The notes under the pieces: model-generated
Databases searched by the model: none
What the model saw: the letters and a program-made list of their open reading frames with translations, nothing else
Told to the model about the DNA's origin: nothing
Assembly (NCBI GenBank): GCA_964016885.1
Contig: OZ024743.1
Coordinates: 141,174,001 to 141,238,000 of the forward strand
Source of the DNA: Eledone cirrhosa
Lineage: Eukaryota
DNA: 64,000 bases
Direction: 5' to 3'
Shown: one piece after another, positions 1 through 16,199 of the stretch
Position numbering within the stretch: position 1 is the first letter of the stretch
Layout of the letters: each line of letters starts with the position of its first letter
Program-made: the position numbers and the translations under genes

Positions 1-3000
1 AAGCACCAAACACCAAGCACCAAGCACCAAGCACCAAGCACCAAACACCAAGCACCAAAGACCAAGCCCCAAATACCAAGCACCAAGCACCAAACACCAG
101 TCACCAGGCACCAAGCACCAAACACCAACAACCAAGCACCAAGCACTAAACACCAAACACCAAGCACCAAGCACCAAACACCAAACACCAAGCACCAAGT
201 ACCAAACTCCAAACACCAAACACCAAACACCAAGCACGAAGCACCAAATCCCAAGCACCAAACACCAAGCACCAATCAACAAACACCAAACACCAAGCAC
301 CAAGCACCAAACACCAAAAACCAAGCACCAAGCACCAAGCACCAAACACCAAACACCGAACACCAAGTACCAAGCACCAAACACCAAGCACCAGGCGCCA
401 AAGACCAAACACCAAGCACCAAGCACGAAACACCAAGCACCAAGCACCGAGCACCAAACACCAATTACCAGGCACCAATCAACAAACACCAAGCACCAAG
501 CACCAAATACCAGACAGCAAGCACCAAGCACCAAACACCAAACACCAAGCACCAAGCACCAAACACCAAGCACCAAGCGCCAAACACCAAACACCAATCA
601 CCAAGCACCAAACACCAAGCACCAACCACCAAGCACCAAACACCAAGCACCAAGCACCAAACACCAAGCACCAATCACCAAACAGCAAACACCAAGCACC
701 AAACACCAAACACCAAGCACCAAGCACCAAACACCAAGCACCAAGCACCAAACACCAAGCACCAAGCACCAAACACCAAAAACCAATCACCAAGCACCAA
801 AGAGCAAACACCAAGCCCCAAGCACCAAACACCAAACACCAAACACCAAATAGCAAACACTAAACACCAAACACCAAACAGCAAACACAAAACACCAAAT
901 AGCAAATACCAAACAGCAAACACCAAACACCAAACAGCAAACACCAAACACCAACCAGGAAACACCAAACACCAAGCACCAAACACCAAGCACCAAGCCC
1001 CAGGCACCAAACACCAAGCACCAAGCACCAAACACCAAGCACCAAGCACCATGCACCAAACACCTAGCACCAAGCACCAAACAGCAAACACCAAACAGCA
1101 AACACCAAACACCAACCAGCGAACACCAAGCAGCAAACACCAAACACCAAGCACCAAGCACCAAACACCAAACACCAAGCACCAAGCACCACACACCAAA
1201 TACCAAGCACCAAGCACTAAACACCAAACACCAAGCACCAAGCACCAAGCACTAAACACCAAACACCTAGCACCAAGCACCAAGCACCAAACACCAAGCA
1301 CCAAGCACCAAGCACCAAACACCAAGCACCAAAGACCAATCCCCAAATACCAAGCACCAAGCACCAAACACTAATCACCAGGGACCAAGCACCAAACACC
1401 AAGAACCAAGCACCAAGCACTAAACACCAAACACCAAGCACCAAGTACCAAACTCCAAACACCAAACAGCAAGCACCAAGCACCAAATCCCAAGCACCAA
1501 ACACCAAGCACCAATCACCAAACACCAAACACCAAGCACCAAGCACCAAACACCCAAAACCAAGCACCAAGCACCAAGCACCAAACACCAAACACTGAAC
1601 ACCAAGTACCAAGCACCAAACACCAAGCACCAAGCGCCAAAGACCAAACACCAAGCACCAAGCACGAAACACCAAGCACCAAGCACCGAGCACCAAACAC
1701 CAAGTACCAGGCACCAATCAACAAACACCAAGCACCAAGCACCAAATACCAGACAGCAAGCACCAAGCACCAAACACCAAACACCAAGCACCAAACACCA
1801 AACACCTAGCACCAAGCACCAAGCACCGAATCCCAAGCACCAAACACCAAGCACCAAGCACCAAGCACCAAGCACCAAGCACCAAACACCAATCACCAAG
1901 CCCGAAGCACCAAACACGAAGCACCAAGCACCAAACACCAAACACCAAGCACCATGCACCCAGAACCAAGCACCAAGCACCAAACACCAAACACCAAGCA
2001 CCAAGCACCAATCACCAAACACCAAGCACCAAGCACCAAGCACCAAGCACCAAACACCATACACCAAGCACCAAGCACCAAACACCAAAAACCAATCACC
2101 AAGCACCAAAGAGCAAACACCAAGCCCCAAGCACCAAACACCAAACACCATACACCAAACAGCAAACACTAAACACCAAACACCAAACAGCAAACACGAA
2201 ACACCAAATAGCAAACACCAAACACCAACCAGGAAACTCCAAACAGCAAACACCAAACAGCAAACGCCAAACAGCAAACATAAACACCAAACACCAAACA
2301 CCAAGCACCAAGCACCAAGCACAAAACACCAAGCAAGAAGCGCCAAGCACCAAACGCCAAACACCAAACACCAAACAGCAAACACCAATCACCAAACACC
2401 AGACTCCAAACACCAAACAGCAAACACCAAACACCAAACAGCAAACACCAAACACCAAACACCAAACAGCAAACACGAAACAGCAAACACGAAACAGTAA
2501 ACACCAAACAGCAAACACCAAACAGCAAACACCAAACACCAAACACCAAACACCAAGCACCAAGCACCAAACACCAAGCACCAAGCAACAAGCACCAATC
2601 ACCAAGCACCAAGCACTAAACACCAAACACCTAGCACCAAGCACCAAGCACCAAACACCAAGCACCAAGCACCAAGCACCAAGCACCAAACACCAAGCAC
2701 CAAAGACCAAGCCCCAAATACCAAGCACCAAGCACCAAACACCAGTCACCAGGCACCAAGCACCAAACACCAACAACCAAGCACCAAGCACTAAACACCA
2801 AACACCAAGCACCAAGCACCAAACACCAAACACCAAGCACCAAGTACCAAACTCCAAACACCAAACACCAAGCACCCAGCACCAAATCCCAAGCACCAAA
2901 CACCAAGCACCAATCACCAAACACCAAACACCAAGCACCAAGCACCAAACACCCAAAACCAAGCACCAAGCACCAAGCACCAAACACCAAACACTGAACA

Positions 3001-6000
3001 CCAAGTACCAAGCACCAAACACCAAGCACCAAGCGCCAAAGACCAAACACCAAGCACCAAGCACCAAGGACCAAGCACCAAACACCAAGCACCAAGCACC
3101 GAGCACCAAACACCAAGAACCAAGCACCAAGCACTAAACACCAAACACCAAGCACCAAGCACCAAACACCAAACACCAAGCACCAAGTACCAAACTCCAA
3201 ACACCAAACACCAAGCACCAAGCACCAAATCCCAAGCACCAAACACCAAGCACCAATCACCAAACACCAAACACCAAGCAGCAAGCACCAAACTCCAAAA
3301 ACCAAGCACCAAGCACCAAGCACCAAACACCAAACGCCAAACACCAAACACCAAGTACCAAGCACCAAACACCAAGCACCAAGCGCCAAAGACCAAACAC
3401 CAAGCACCAAGCACGAAACACCAAGCACCAAGCACCGAGCACCAAACACCAAGTACCAAGCACCAAACACCAAACACCAAGCACCAAGCACCAAACACCA
3501 AACACCAAGCACCAAGTACCAAACACCAAACACCAAACACCAAACACCAAACAGCAAACGCCAAAAAGCAAACGCCAAACTCCAAACGCCAAACAACAAA
3601 CGCCAAGGACCAAACACCAAACACCAAGCGCCAAGCACCAAACACCAAACACCAAGCACCAAGCACCAAACACCAATCACCAAGGACCAATCACCAAACA
3701 CCAAGCACCAAACACCAAGCACCAAACACCAAGCACCAAGCACCAAGCGCCAAACACCAAACACCAAACACCTAGCACCAAGCACCAAGCACCAAACACC
3801 AAGCACCAAACACCAAGCACCAAGCACCAAGCACCAAGCACCAAGCACCAAACACCAATCACCAAGCCCCAAGCACCAAACACCAAGCACCCAGCACCAT
3901 ACACCAAACACCAAGCACCAAGCACCCAGAACAAAGCACCAAGCACCAAACACCAAACACCAAGTTCCAAGCACCAAACACCAAACACCAAGCACCAAGC
4001 ACCAAGCACCAAGCACCAAACACCAAACACCAAGCACCAAGCACCAAACACCAAACACCAAGCACCAATCACCAAACACCAAGCACCAAGCGCCAAACAC
4101 CAAACACCAAACACCTAGCACCAAGCACCAAGCACCGAACATCAAGCACCAAACACCAAGCACCAAGCACCAAGCACCAAGCACCAAGCACCAAACACCA
4201 ATCACCAAGCCCCAAGCACCAAACACCAAGCACCAAGCACCAAACACCAAACACCAAGCACCAAGCACCCAGAACCAAGCACCAAGCACCAAACACCAAA
4301 CACCAAGCACCAAGCACCAAACCCCAAACACCAAGCACCAAGCACCAAGCACCAAGCACCAAACACCATACACCAAGCACCAAGCACCAAACACCAAAAA
4401 CCAATCACCAAGCACCAAAGAGCAAACACCAAGCCCCAAGCAACAAACACCAAACACCAAACACCAAAAAGCAAACACTAAACACCAAACACCAAATAGC
4501 AAACACCAAACACCAAATAGCAAACACCAAACACCAACCAGGAAACACCAAACAGCAAACACCAAACAGCAAACGCCAAACAGCAAACACAAACACCAAA
4601 CACCAAACACCAAGCACCAAGCACCAAGCACAAAACCCCAAGCACCAAGCGCCAAGCACCAAACACCAAGCACCAAACACCAAACACCAAGCACCAATCA
4701 CCAAACACCAAGCACCAAGCGCCAAACACCAAACACCAAACACCTAGCACCAAGCACCAAGCACCGAACACCAAGCACCAAACACCAAGCACCAATCACC
4801 AAGCACCAAGCACCAAGCACCAAACACCAATCACCAAGCCCGAAGCACCAAACACGAAGCACCAAGCACCAAACACCAAACACCAAGCACCATGCACCCA
4901 GAACCAAGCACCAAGCACCAAACACCAAGCACCAAGCACCAAGCACCAAACACCATACACCAAGCACCAAGCACCAAACACCAAAAACCAATCACCAAGC
5001 ACCAAAGAGCAAACACCAAGCCCCAAGCACCAAACACCAAACACCAAACACCAAACAGCAAACACTAAACACCAAACACCAAACAGCAAACACGAAACAC
5101 CTAATAGCAAACACCAAACACCAACCAGGAAACACCAAACAGCAAACACCAAACAGCAAACGCCAAACAGCAAACATAAACAGCAAACACCAAACACCAA
5201 GTACCAAGCACCAAGCACAAAACACCAAGCAACAAGCGCCAAGCACCAAACACCAAACACCAAACACCAAACAGCACACACCAATCACCAAACACCAGAC
5301 ACCAAACACCAAACAGCAAACACCAAACACCAAACACCAAACACCAAACACCAAACACCAAACAGCAAACACGAAACAGCAAACACGAAACAGCAAACAC
5401 CAAACAGCAAACACCAAACAGCAAGCACCAAACACCAAACACCAAACACCAAACACCTAGCACCAAGCACCAAGCACCAAACACCAAGCACCAAGCACTA
5501 AACACCAAACACCTAGCACCAAGCACCAAGCACCAAACACCAAGCACCAAGCACCAAGCACCAAACACCAAGCACCAAAGACCAAGCCCCAAATACCAAG
5601 CACCAAGCACCAAACACCAGTCACCAGGCACCAAGCACCAAACACCAACAACCAAGCACCAAGCACTAAACACCAAACACCAAGCACCAAGCACCGAACA
5701 CCAAACACCAAGCACCAAGTACCAAACTCCAAACACCAAACACCAAGCACGAAGCACCAAATCCCAAGCACCAAACACCAAGCACCAATCAACAAACACC
5801 AAACACCAAGCACCAAGCACCAAACACCAAAAACCAAGCACCAAGCACCAAGCACCAAACACCAAACACCGAACACCAAGTACCAAGCACCAAACACCAA
5901 GCACCAGGCGCCAAAGACCAAACACCAAGCACCAAGCACGAAACACCAAGCACCAAGCACCGAGCACCAAACACCAATTACCAGGCACCAATCAACAAAC

Positions 6001-9000
6001 ACCAAGCACCAAGCACCAAATACCAGACAGCAAGCACCAAGCACCAAACACCAAACACCAAGCACCAAGCACCAAACACCAAGCACCAAGCGCCAAACAC
6101 CAAACACCAAGCACCAAGCACCAAACACCAAGCACCAACCACCAAGCACCAAACACCAAGCACCAAGCACCAAACACCAAGCACCAATCACCAAACAGCA
6201 AACACCAAGCACCAAACACCAAACACCAAGCACCAAGCACCAAACACCAAGCACCAAGCACCAAACACCAAGCACCAAGCACCAAACACCAAAAACCAAT
6301 CACCAAGCACCAAAGAGCAAACACCAAGCCCCAAGCACCAAACACCAAACACCAAACACCAAATAGCAAACACTAAACACCAAACACCAAACAGCAAACA
6401 CAAAACACCAAATAGCAAATACCAAACAGCAAACACCAAACACCAAACAGCAAACACCAAACACCAACCAGGAAACACCAAACACCAAGCACCAAACACC
6501 AAGCACCAAGCCCCAAGCACCAAACACCAAGCACCAAGCACCAAACACCAAGCACCAAGCACCATGCACCAAACACCTAGCACCAAGCACCAAACAGCAA
6601 ACACCAAACAGCAAACACCAAACACCAACCAGCGAACACCAAGCAGCAAACACCAAACACCAAGCACCAAGCACCAAACACCAAACACCAAGCACCAAGC
6701 ACCACACACCAAATACCAAGCACCAAGCACTAAACACCAAACACCAAGCACCAAGCACCAAGCACTAAACACCAAACACCTAGCACCAAGCACCAAGCAC
6801 CAAACACCAAGCACCAAGCACCAAGCACCAAACACCAAGCACCAAAGACCAATCCCCAAATACCAAGCACCAAGCACCAAACACTAATCACCAGGGACCA
6901 AGCACCAAACACCAAGAACCAAGCACCAAGCACTAAACACCAAACACCAAACACCAAGCACCAAGCACCAAACACCAAGCACCAAGCACCAAATCCCAAG
7001 CACCAAACACCAAGCACCAATCACCAAACACCAAACACCAAGCACCAAGCACCAAACACCAAAAACCAAGCACCAAGCACCAAGCACCAAACACCAAGCA
7101 CCAAGCACCAAACACCAAACAGCAAGCACCAAGCACCAAACACCAAACACCAAGCACCAAGCACCACACACCAACTACCAAGCACCAAGCACTAAACACC
7201 AAACACCAAGCACCAAGCACCAAGCATCAAGCACCAAGCACCAAACACCAAGCACCAAGCACCAAGCACCAAACATAAAACAACAAGTACCAAGCACCAA
7301 ACACCAAACACCAAACACCAAACACCAAGCACAAAGCACCAAACACCAAACACCAAGCACCAAGCACCAGACACCAAGCACCAAGCACCAAGCACCAAGC
7401 ACCAAAAACCAAGCACCAAGCACCAAGGACCAAACACCAAGCACCAAACACCAAACACCAAGCACCAAGCACCAAACACCAAACACCAAGCACCAAACAC
7501 CAAACACCAAGCACCAAACACCAAACACCAAGCACCAAGCGCCAAACACCAAACACCAAACACCTAGCACCAAGCACCAAGCACCGAATCCCAAGCACCA
7601 AACACCAAGCACCAAGCACCAAGCACCAAGCACCAAGCACCAAACACCAATCACCAAGCCCGAAGCACCAAACACGAAGCACCAAGCACCAAACACCAAA
7701 CACCAAGCACCATGCACCCAGAACCAAGCACCAAGCACCAAACACCAAACACCAAGCACCAAGCACCAATCACCAAACACCAAGCACCAAACACCAAGCA
7801 CCAAGCACCAAACACCATACACCAAGCACCAAGCACCAAACACCAAAAACCAATCACCAAGCACCAAAGAGCAAACACCAAGCCCCAAGCACCAAACACC
7901 AAACACCAAACACCAAACAGCAAACACTAAACACCAAACACCAAACAGCAAACACGAAACACCAAATAGCAAACACCAAACACCAACCAGGAAACACCAA
8001 ACAGCAAACACCAAACAGCAAACGCCAAACAGCAAACATAAACACCAAACACCAAACACCAAGCACCAAGCACCAAGCACAAAACACCAAGCAACAAGCG
8101 CCAAGCACCAAACGCCAAACACCAAACACCAAACAGCAAACACTAATCACCAACCACCAAACACCAAACACCAAACAGCAAACACGAAACAGCAAACACC
8201 AAACAGTAAACACCAAACAGCAAACACCAAACAGCAAACACCAAACACCAAACACCAAACACCAAGCACCAAGCACCAAACACCAAGCACCAAGCAACAA
8301 GCACCAATCACCAAGCACCAAGCACTAAACACCAAACACCTAGCACCAAGCACCAAGCACCAAACACCAAGCACCAAGCACCAAGCACCAAGCACCAAAC
8401 ACCAAGCACCAAAGACCAAGCCCCAAATACCAAGCACCAAGCACCAAACACCAGTCACCAGGCACCAAGCACCAAACACCAACAACCAAGCACCAAGCAC
8501 TAAACACCAAACACCAAGCACCAAGCACCAAACACCAAACACCAAGCACCAAGTACCAAACTCCAAACACCAAACACCAAGCACCAAGCACCAAATCCCA
8601 AGCACCAAACACCAGGCACCAATCACCAAACACCAAACACCAAGCACCAAGCACCAAACACCCAAAACCAAGCACCAAGCACCAAGCACCAAACACCAAA
8701 CACTGAACACCAAGTACCAAGCACCAAACACCAAGCACCAAGCGCCAAAGACCAAACACCAAGCACCAAGCACGAAACACCAAGCACCAAGCACCGAGCA
8801 CCAAACACCAAGTACCAGGCACCAATCAACAAACACCAAGCACCAAGCACCAAATACCAGACAGCAAGCACCAAGCACCAAACACCAAACACCAAGCACC
8901 AAACACCAAACACCTAGCACCAAGCACCAAGCACCGAATCCCAAGCACCAAACACCAAGCACCAAGCACCAAGCACCAAGCACCAAGCACCAAACACCAA

Positions 9001-10500
9001 TCACCAAGCCCGAAGCACCAAACACGAAGCACCAAGCACCAAACACCAAACACCAAGCACCATGCACCCAGAACCAAGCACCAAGCACCAAACACCAAAC
9101 ACCAAGCACCAAGCACCAATCACCAAACACCAAGCACCAAGCACCAAGCACCAAGCACCAAACACCATACACCAAGCACCAAGCACCAAACACCAAAAAC
9201 CAATCACCAAGCACCAAAGAGCAAACACCAAGCCCCAAGCACCAAACACCAAACACCAAACACCAAACAGCAAACACTAAACACCAAACACCAAACAGCA
9301 AACACGAAACACCAAATAGCAAACACCAAACACCAACCAGGAAACTCCAAACAGCAAACACCAAACAGCAAACGCCAAACAGCAAACATAAACACCAAAC
9401 ACCAAACACCAAGCACCAAGCACCAAGCACAAAACACCAAGCAAGAAGCGCCAAGCACCAAACGCCAAACACCAATCACCAAACACCAGACTCCAAACAC
9501 CAAACAGCAAACACCAAACACCAAACAGCAAACACCAAACACCAAACACCAAACAGCAAACACGAAACAGCAAACACCAAACAGTAAACACCAAACAGCA
9601 AACACCAAACAGCAAACACCAAACACCAAACACCAAACACCAAGCACCAAGCACCAAACACCAAGCACCAAGCACCAAGCACCAAACACCAAGCACCAAG
9701 CACCAAGCACCAAGCACCAAACACCAAGCACCAAAGACCAAGCCCCAAATACCAAGCACCAAGCACCAAACACCAGTCACCAGGCACCAAGCACCAAACA
9801 CCAACAACCAAGCACCAAGCACTAAACACCAAACACCAAGCACCAAGCACCAAACACCAAACACCAAGCACCAAGTACCAAACTCCAAACACCAAACACC
9901 AAGCACCAAGCACCAAATCCCAAGCACCAAACACCAAGCACCAATCACCAAACACCAAACACCAAGCACCAAGCACCCAACACCCAAAACCAAGCACCAA
10001 GCACCAAGCACCAAACACCAAACACTGAACACCAAGTACCAAGCACCAAACACCAAGCACCAAGCGCCAAAGACCAAACACCAAGCACCAAGCACGAAAC
10101 ACCAAGCACCAAGCACCGAGCACCAAACACCAAGTACCAGGCACCAATCAACAAACACCAAGCACCAAGCACCAAATACCAGACAGCAAGCACCAAGCAC
10201 CAAACACCAAACACCAAGCACCAAGCACCAAACACCGAGCACCAAGCGCCAAACACCAAACACCAAGCACCAAGCACCAAACACCAAGCACCAACCACCA
10301 AGCACCAAACACCAAGCACCAAGCACCAAACACCAAGCACCAATCACCAAACAGCAAACACCAAGCACCAAACACCAAACACCAAGCACCAAGCACCAAA
10401 CACCAAGCACCAAGCACCAAACAACAAGCACCAAGCACCAAACACCAAAAACCAATCACCAAGCACCAAAGAGCAAACACCAAGCCCCAAGCACCAAACA
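1..10500 (+). repeat. Left-arm HOR layer with dispersed segment copies at offsets ~5513 and ~7108 bp
   Basis: Near-identical ORFs 479..856/5992..6369 and 1051..1374/6564..6887 (offset 5513); 1515..1805/8623..8913 and 1718..2011/8826..9119 (offset 7108). Layer boundaries are approximate. Confidence 0.85.
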
Positions 10501-10899
10501 CCAAACACCAAACACCAAATAGCAAACACTAAACACCAAACACCAAATAGCAAACACAAAACACCAAATAGCAAATACCATACAGCAAACACCAAACACC
10601 AAACAGCAAACACCAAACACCAACCAGGAAACACCAAACACCAAGCACCAAACACCAAGCACCAAGCCCCAAGCACCAAACACCAAGCACCAAGCACCAA
10701 ACACCAAGCACCAAGCACCATGCACCAAACACCAAGCACCAAGCACCAAACAGCAAACAGCAAACAGCAAACACCAAACACCAAACACCAACCAGCAAAC
10801 ACCAAGCACCAAACACCAAACACCAAGCACCAAGCACCAAACACCAAACACCAAGCACCAAGCACCACACACCAAATACCAAGCACCAAGCACTAAACA

Positions 10900-13800
10900 C
10901 CAAACACCAAGCACCAAGCACCAAGCATCAAGCACCAAGCACCAAACACCAACCACCAAGCACCAAGCACCAAACACAAAACAACAAGTACCAAGCACCA
11001 AACACCAAACACCAAACACCAAACACCAAGCACCAAGCACCAGACACCAAGCACCAAGCACCAAGCACCAAGCACCAAAAACCAAGCTCCAAGCTCCAAG
11101 CACCAAACACCAAGCACCAACCACCAAGCACCAAACACCAAGCACCAGGCACCAAGCACCAAGCACCAAGCACCAAACACCAAGCACCAAGCACCAAACA
11201 GCAAACACCAAGCACCAAACACCAAACACCAAGCACCAAGCAACAAACACCAAACACCAAGCACCAAACACCAAGCACCAAGCCCCAAGCACCAAACACC
11301 AAGCACCAAGCACCAAACACCAAGCACCAAGCACCAAGCACCATGCACCAAACACCAAGCACCAAGCACCAAACAGCAAACACCAAACACCAAACACCAA
11401 ACAGCAAACGCCAAAAAGCAAACGCCAAACTCCAAACGCCAAACAGCAAATGCCAAACCCCAAACGCCAAACAGCAAACGCCAAGCACCAAACACCAAAC
11501 GCCAAGCGCCAAGCACCAAACACCAAACACCAAGCACCAAGCACCAAACACCAAACACCAAGCACCAAGAACCAAACACCAAACACCAAGCACCAAACAC
11601 CAAAGAGCAAACGCAAAAAAGCAAACGCCAAACCCCATACGCCAAACAACAAATGCCAAACCCCAAACGCCAAACAGCAAACGCCAAGCACCAAACACCA
11701 AACACCAAGCACCAAGCGCCAAACACCAAGCACCAAGCACCAAGCACCAAACACCAAACACCAAGCACCAATCACCAAACACCAAACACCAAGCGCCAAA
11801 CACCAAACACCAAACACCTAGCACCAATCACCAATCACCAAACACCAAGCACCAAACACCAAGCACCAAGCACCAAGCACCAAGCACCAAGCACCAAACA
11901 CCAATCACCAAGCCCCAAGCACCAAACACCAAGCACCCAGCACCAAACACCAAACACCAAGCACCAAGCACCCAGAACAAAGCACCAAGCACCAAACACC
12001 AAGCACCAAACACCAAGCACCAAGCACCAAACACCAATCACCAAGCCCCAAGCACCCAGAACCAAGCACCAAGCACCAAACACCAAACACCAAGCACCAA
12101 GCACCAAACACCAAACACCAAGCACCAAGCACCAAGCACCAAGCACCAAACACCATACACCAAGCACCAAGGACCAAACACCAAAAACCAATCACCAAGC
12201 ACCAAAGAGCAAACACCAAGCCCCAAGCACCAAACACCAAACACCAAACACCAAATAGCAAACACTAAACACCAGACACCAAACAGCAAACACAAAACAC
12301 TAAATAGCGAACACCAAACAGCAAACACCAAACACCAAACAGCAAACACCAAACACCAACCAGGAAACACCAACCAGGAAACACCAAACACCAAGCACCA
12401 AGCCCCAAGCACCAAACACCAAGCACCAAGCACCAAACACCAAGCACCATGCACCAAGCACCATGCACCAAACACCAAGCACCAAGCACCAAACAGCAAA
12501 CACCAAACAGCAAACACCAAACACCAAACACCAACCAGCAAACACCAAACACCAAACACCAAACAGCAAACACCAAACACCAAACACCAAGCACCAAGCA
12601 CCCAGAACCAAGCACCAAGCACCAAACACCAAACACCAACCACCAAGCACCAGGCCCAAACACCAAGCACCAATCACCAAGCACCAAGCACCAAGCAACA
12701 AACACAAAGCACCAATCACCAAGCACCGAGCACCAAGCACCAAGCACCAAGCACCAAACACCAAGCACCAAACACTAAACACCAAGCACCAAGCACCAAT
12801 CACCAAACACCAAGCACCAAGCACCAAACACCAAACAGCAAGCACCAAGCACCAAACACCAAACACCAAGTACCAAGCCCAAAGCACCAAACACCAAGCA
12901 CCTAGCAGCAAGCACCAAACACCAAACACCAAGCACCAAGCACCAAGCACCAAGCACCAAGCACCAAGCACCAAGCACCAAACACCAATCACCAAGCCCC
13001 AAGCACCAAACACCAAGCACCAAGCACCAAACACCAAACACCAAGCACCAAGCACCCAGAACCAAGCACCAAGCACCAAACACCAAACACCAACCACCAA
13101 GCACCAAACACCAAACACCAAGCACCAAGCACCAAGCACCAAGCACCAAACACCAAGGACCAATCACCAAACACCAAGCACCAAGCACCAAACACCAAAC
13201 ACCAAACACCTAGCACCAAGCACCAAGCACCAAACACCAAGCACCAAACACCAAGCACCAAGCACCAAGCACCAAGCACCAAGCACCAAACACCAATCAC
13301 CAAGCCCCAAGCACCAAACACCAAGCACCCAGCACCATACACCAAACACCAAGCACCAAGCACCCAGAACAAAGCACCAAGCACCAAACACCAAACACCA
13401 AACACCAAACACCAAGCACCAAGCACCAGACACCAAGCACCAAGCACCAAGCACCAAGCACCAAAGACCAAGCACCAAGCTCCAAGCACCAAACACCAAG
13501 CACCAAACACCAAACACCAAGCACCAAGCACCAAACACCAAGCACCAAGCGCCAAACACCAAACTCCAAGCACCAAGCACCAAACACCAAGCACCAACCA
13601 CCAAGCACCAAACACCAAGCACCAGGCACCAAGCACCAAGCACCAAGCACCAAACACCAAGCACCAAGCACCAAGCAACAAACACCAAACACCAAGCACC
13701 AAATACCAATCACCAAGCCCCAAGCACCAAACACCAAGCACCAAGCACCAAACACCAAGCACCAAGCACCAAGCACCATGCACCAAACACCAAGCACCAA

Positions 13801-16000
13801 GCACCAAACAGCAAACACCAAACAGCAAACACCAAACAGCAAACACCAAACAGCAAACACCAAACACCAAACAGCAAACAGCAAACGCCAAAAAGCAAAC
13901 GCCAAACTCCAAACGCCAAACAGCAAATGCCAAACCCCAAACGCCAAACAGCAAACGCCAAGCACCAAACACCAAACACCAAGCGCCAAGCACCAAACAC
14001 CAAACACCAAGCACCAAGCACCAAACACCAAACACCAAGCACCAAGTACCAAACACCAAACACCAAGCACCAAACACCAAACAGCAAACGCAAAAAAGCA
14101 AACGCCAAACCCCATACGCCAAACAGCAAATGCCAAACCCCAAATGCCAAACAGCAAACGCCAAGCACCAAACACCAAACACCAAGCGCCAAGCGCCAAG
14201 CACCAAGCACCAAGCACCAAGCACCAAGCACCAAACACCAAACACCAAGCACCAATCACCAAACACCAAACACCAAGCGCCAAACACCAAACACCAAACA
14301 CCTAGCACCAATCACCAATCACCAAACAGCAAGCACCAAACGCCAAGCACCAAGCACCAAGCACCAAGCACCAAGCACCAAACACCAATCACCAAGCCCC
14401 AAGCACCAAACACCAAGCACCCAGCACCAAACACCAAACACCAAGCACCAAGCACCCAGAACAAAGCACCAAGCACCAAACACCAAGCACCAAGCACCAA
14501 GCACCAAGCACCAAACACCAATCACCAAGCCCCAAACACCAAACACCAAGCACCAAGCACCCAGAACCAAGCACCAAGCACCAAACACCAAACACCAAGC
14601 AACAAGCACCAAACACCAAACACCAAGCACCAAGCACCAAGCACCAAGCACCAAACACCATACACCAAGCACCAAGGACCAAACACCAAAAACCAATCAC
14701 CAAGCACCAAAGAGCAAACACCAAGCCCCAAGCACCAAACACCAAACACCAAACACCAAATAGCAAACACTAAACACCAAACACCAAACAGCAAACACAA
14801 AACACCAAATAGCAAACACCAAACAGCAAACACCAAACACCAAACAGCAAACACCAAACACCAAGCACCAAGCCCCAAGCACCAAACACCAAGCACCAAG
14901 CACCAAACACCAAGCACCATGCACCAAGCACCATGCACCAAACACCAAGCACCAAGCACCAAACAGCAAACACCAAACAGTAAACACCAAACACCAAACA
15001 CCAACCAGCAAACACCAAACACCAAACACCAAACAGCAAACACCAAACAGCAAACACCAAACAGCAAACACCAAACACCAAACACCAAGCAGCAAACGCC
15101 AAAAAGCAAACGCCAAACTCCAAACGCCAAACAGCAAACGCCAAGGACCAAACACCAAACACCAAGCGCCAAGCACCAAACACCAAACACCAAGCACCAA
15201 GTACCACACATCAAACACCGAGCACCAAACACCAAACACCAGGCCCAAACACGAAGCACCAATCACCAAGCACCAAGCACCAAGCAACAAACATAAAGCA
15301 CCAATCACCAAGCACCGAGCACCAAGCACCAAGCACCAAGCACCAAACACCAAGCACCAAACACTAAACACCAAGCACCAAGCACCAATCACCAAACACC
15401 AAGCACCAAGCACCAAACACCAAACATCAAGCACCAAGCACCAAACACCAAACACCAAGTACCAAGCCCAAAGCACCAAACACCAAGCACCTAGCAGCAA
15501 GCACCAAACACCAAACACCAAGCACCAAGCACCAAGCACCAAGCACCAAGCACCAAGCACCAAACACCAATCACCAAGCCCCAAGCACCAAACACCAAGC
15601 ACCAAGCACCAAACACCAAACACCAAGCACGAAGCACCCAGAACCAAGCACCAAGCACCAAACACCAAACACCAACCACCAAGCACCAAACACCAAACAC
15701 CATGCACCAAGCACCTAGCACCAAGCACCAAACACCAAACACCAAACACCAAACACCAAGGACCAATCACCAAACACCAAGCACCAAGCACCAAACACCA
15801 AACACCAAACACCTAGCACCAAGCACCAAGCACCAAACACCAAGCACCAAACATCAAGCACCAAGCACCAAGCACCAAGCACCAAGCACCAAACACCAAT
15901 CACCAAGCCCCAAGCACCAAACACCAAGCACCCAGCACCATACACCAAACACCAAGCACCAAGCACCCAGAACAAAGCACCAAGCACCAAACACCAAACA
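10900..16000 (+). repeat. Left-arm HOR layer with ~2.5-2.6 kb period, containing CpG-rich CGCCAAA blocks
   Basis: Similar ORFs 11828..12037/14312..14521 (offset 2484) and ORF starts 13209/15812 (offset 2603). The motif CGCAAAAAAGCAAACGCCAAACCCCATACG occurs at ~11612 and ~14089. Boundaries are approximate. Confidence 0.75.
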
Positions 16001-16199
16001 CCAAGCTCCAAGCACCAAACACCAAACACGAAGCACCATGCACCAAGCACCAAGCACCAAACACCAAACACCAAGCACCAAGCACCAAACACCAAACACC
16101 AATCACCAATCACCATACACCAAGCACCAAGCACCAAACACCAAACACCAAGCACCAAACACCAAGCACCATGCACCAAGCACCAAGCACCAAGCACCA

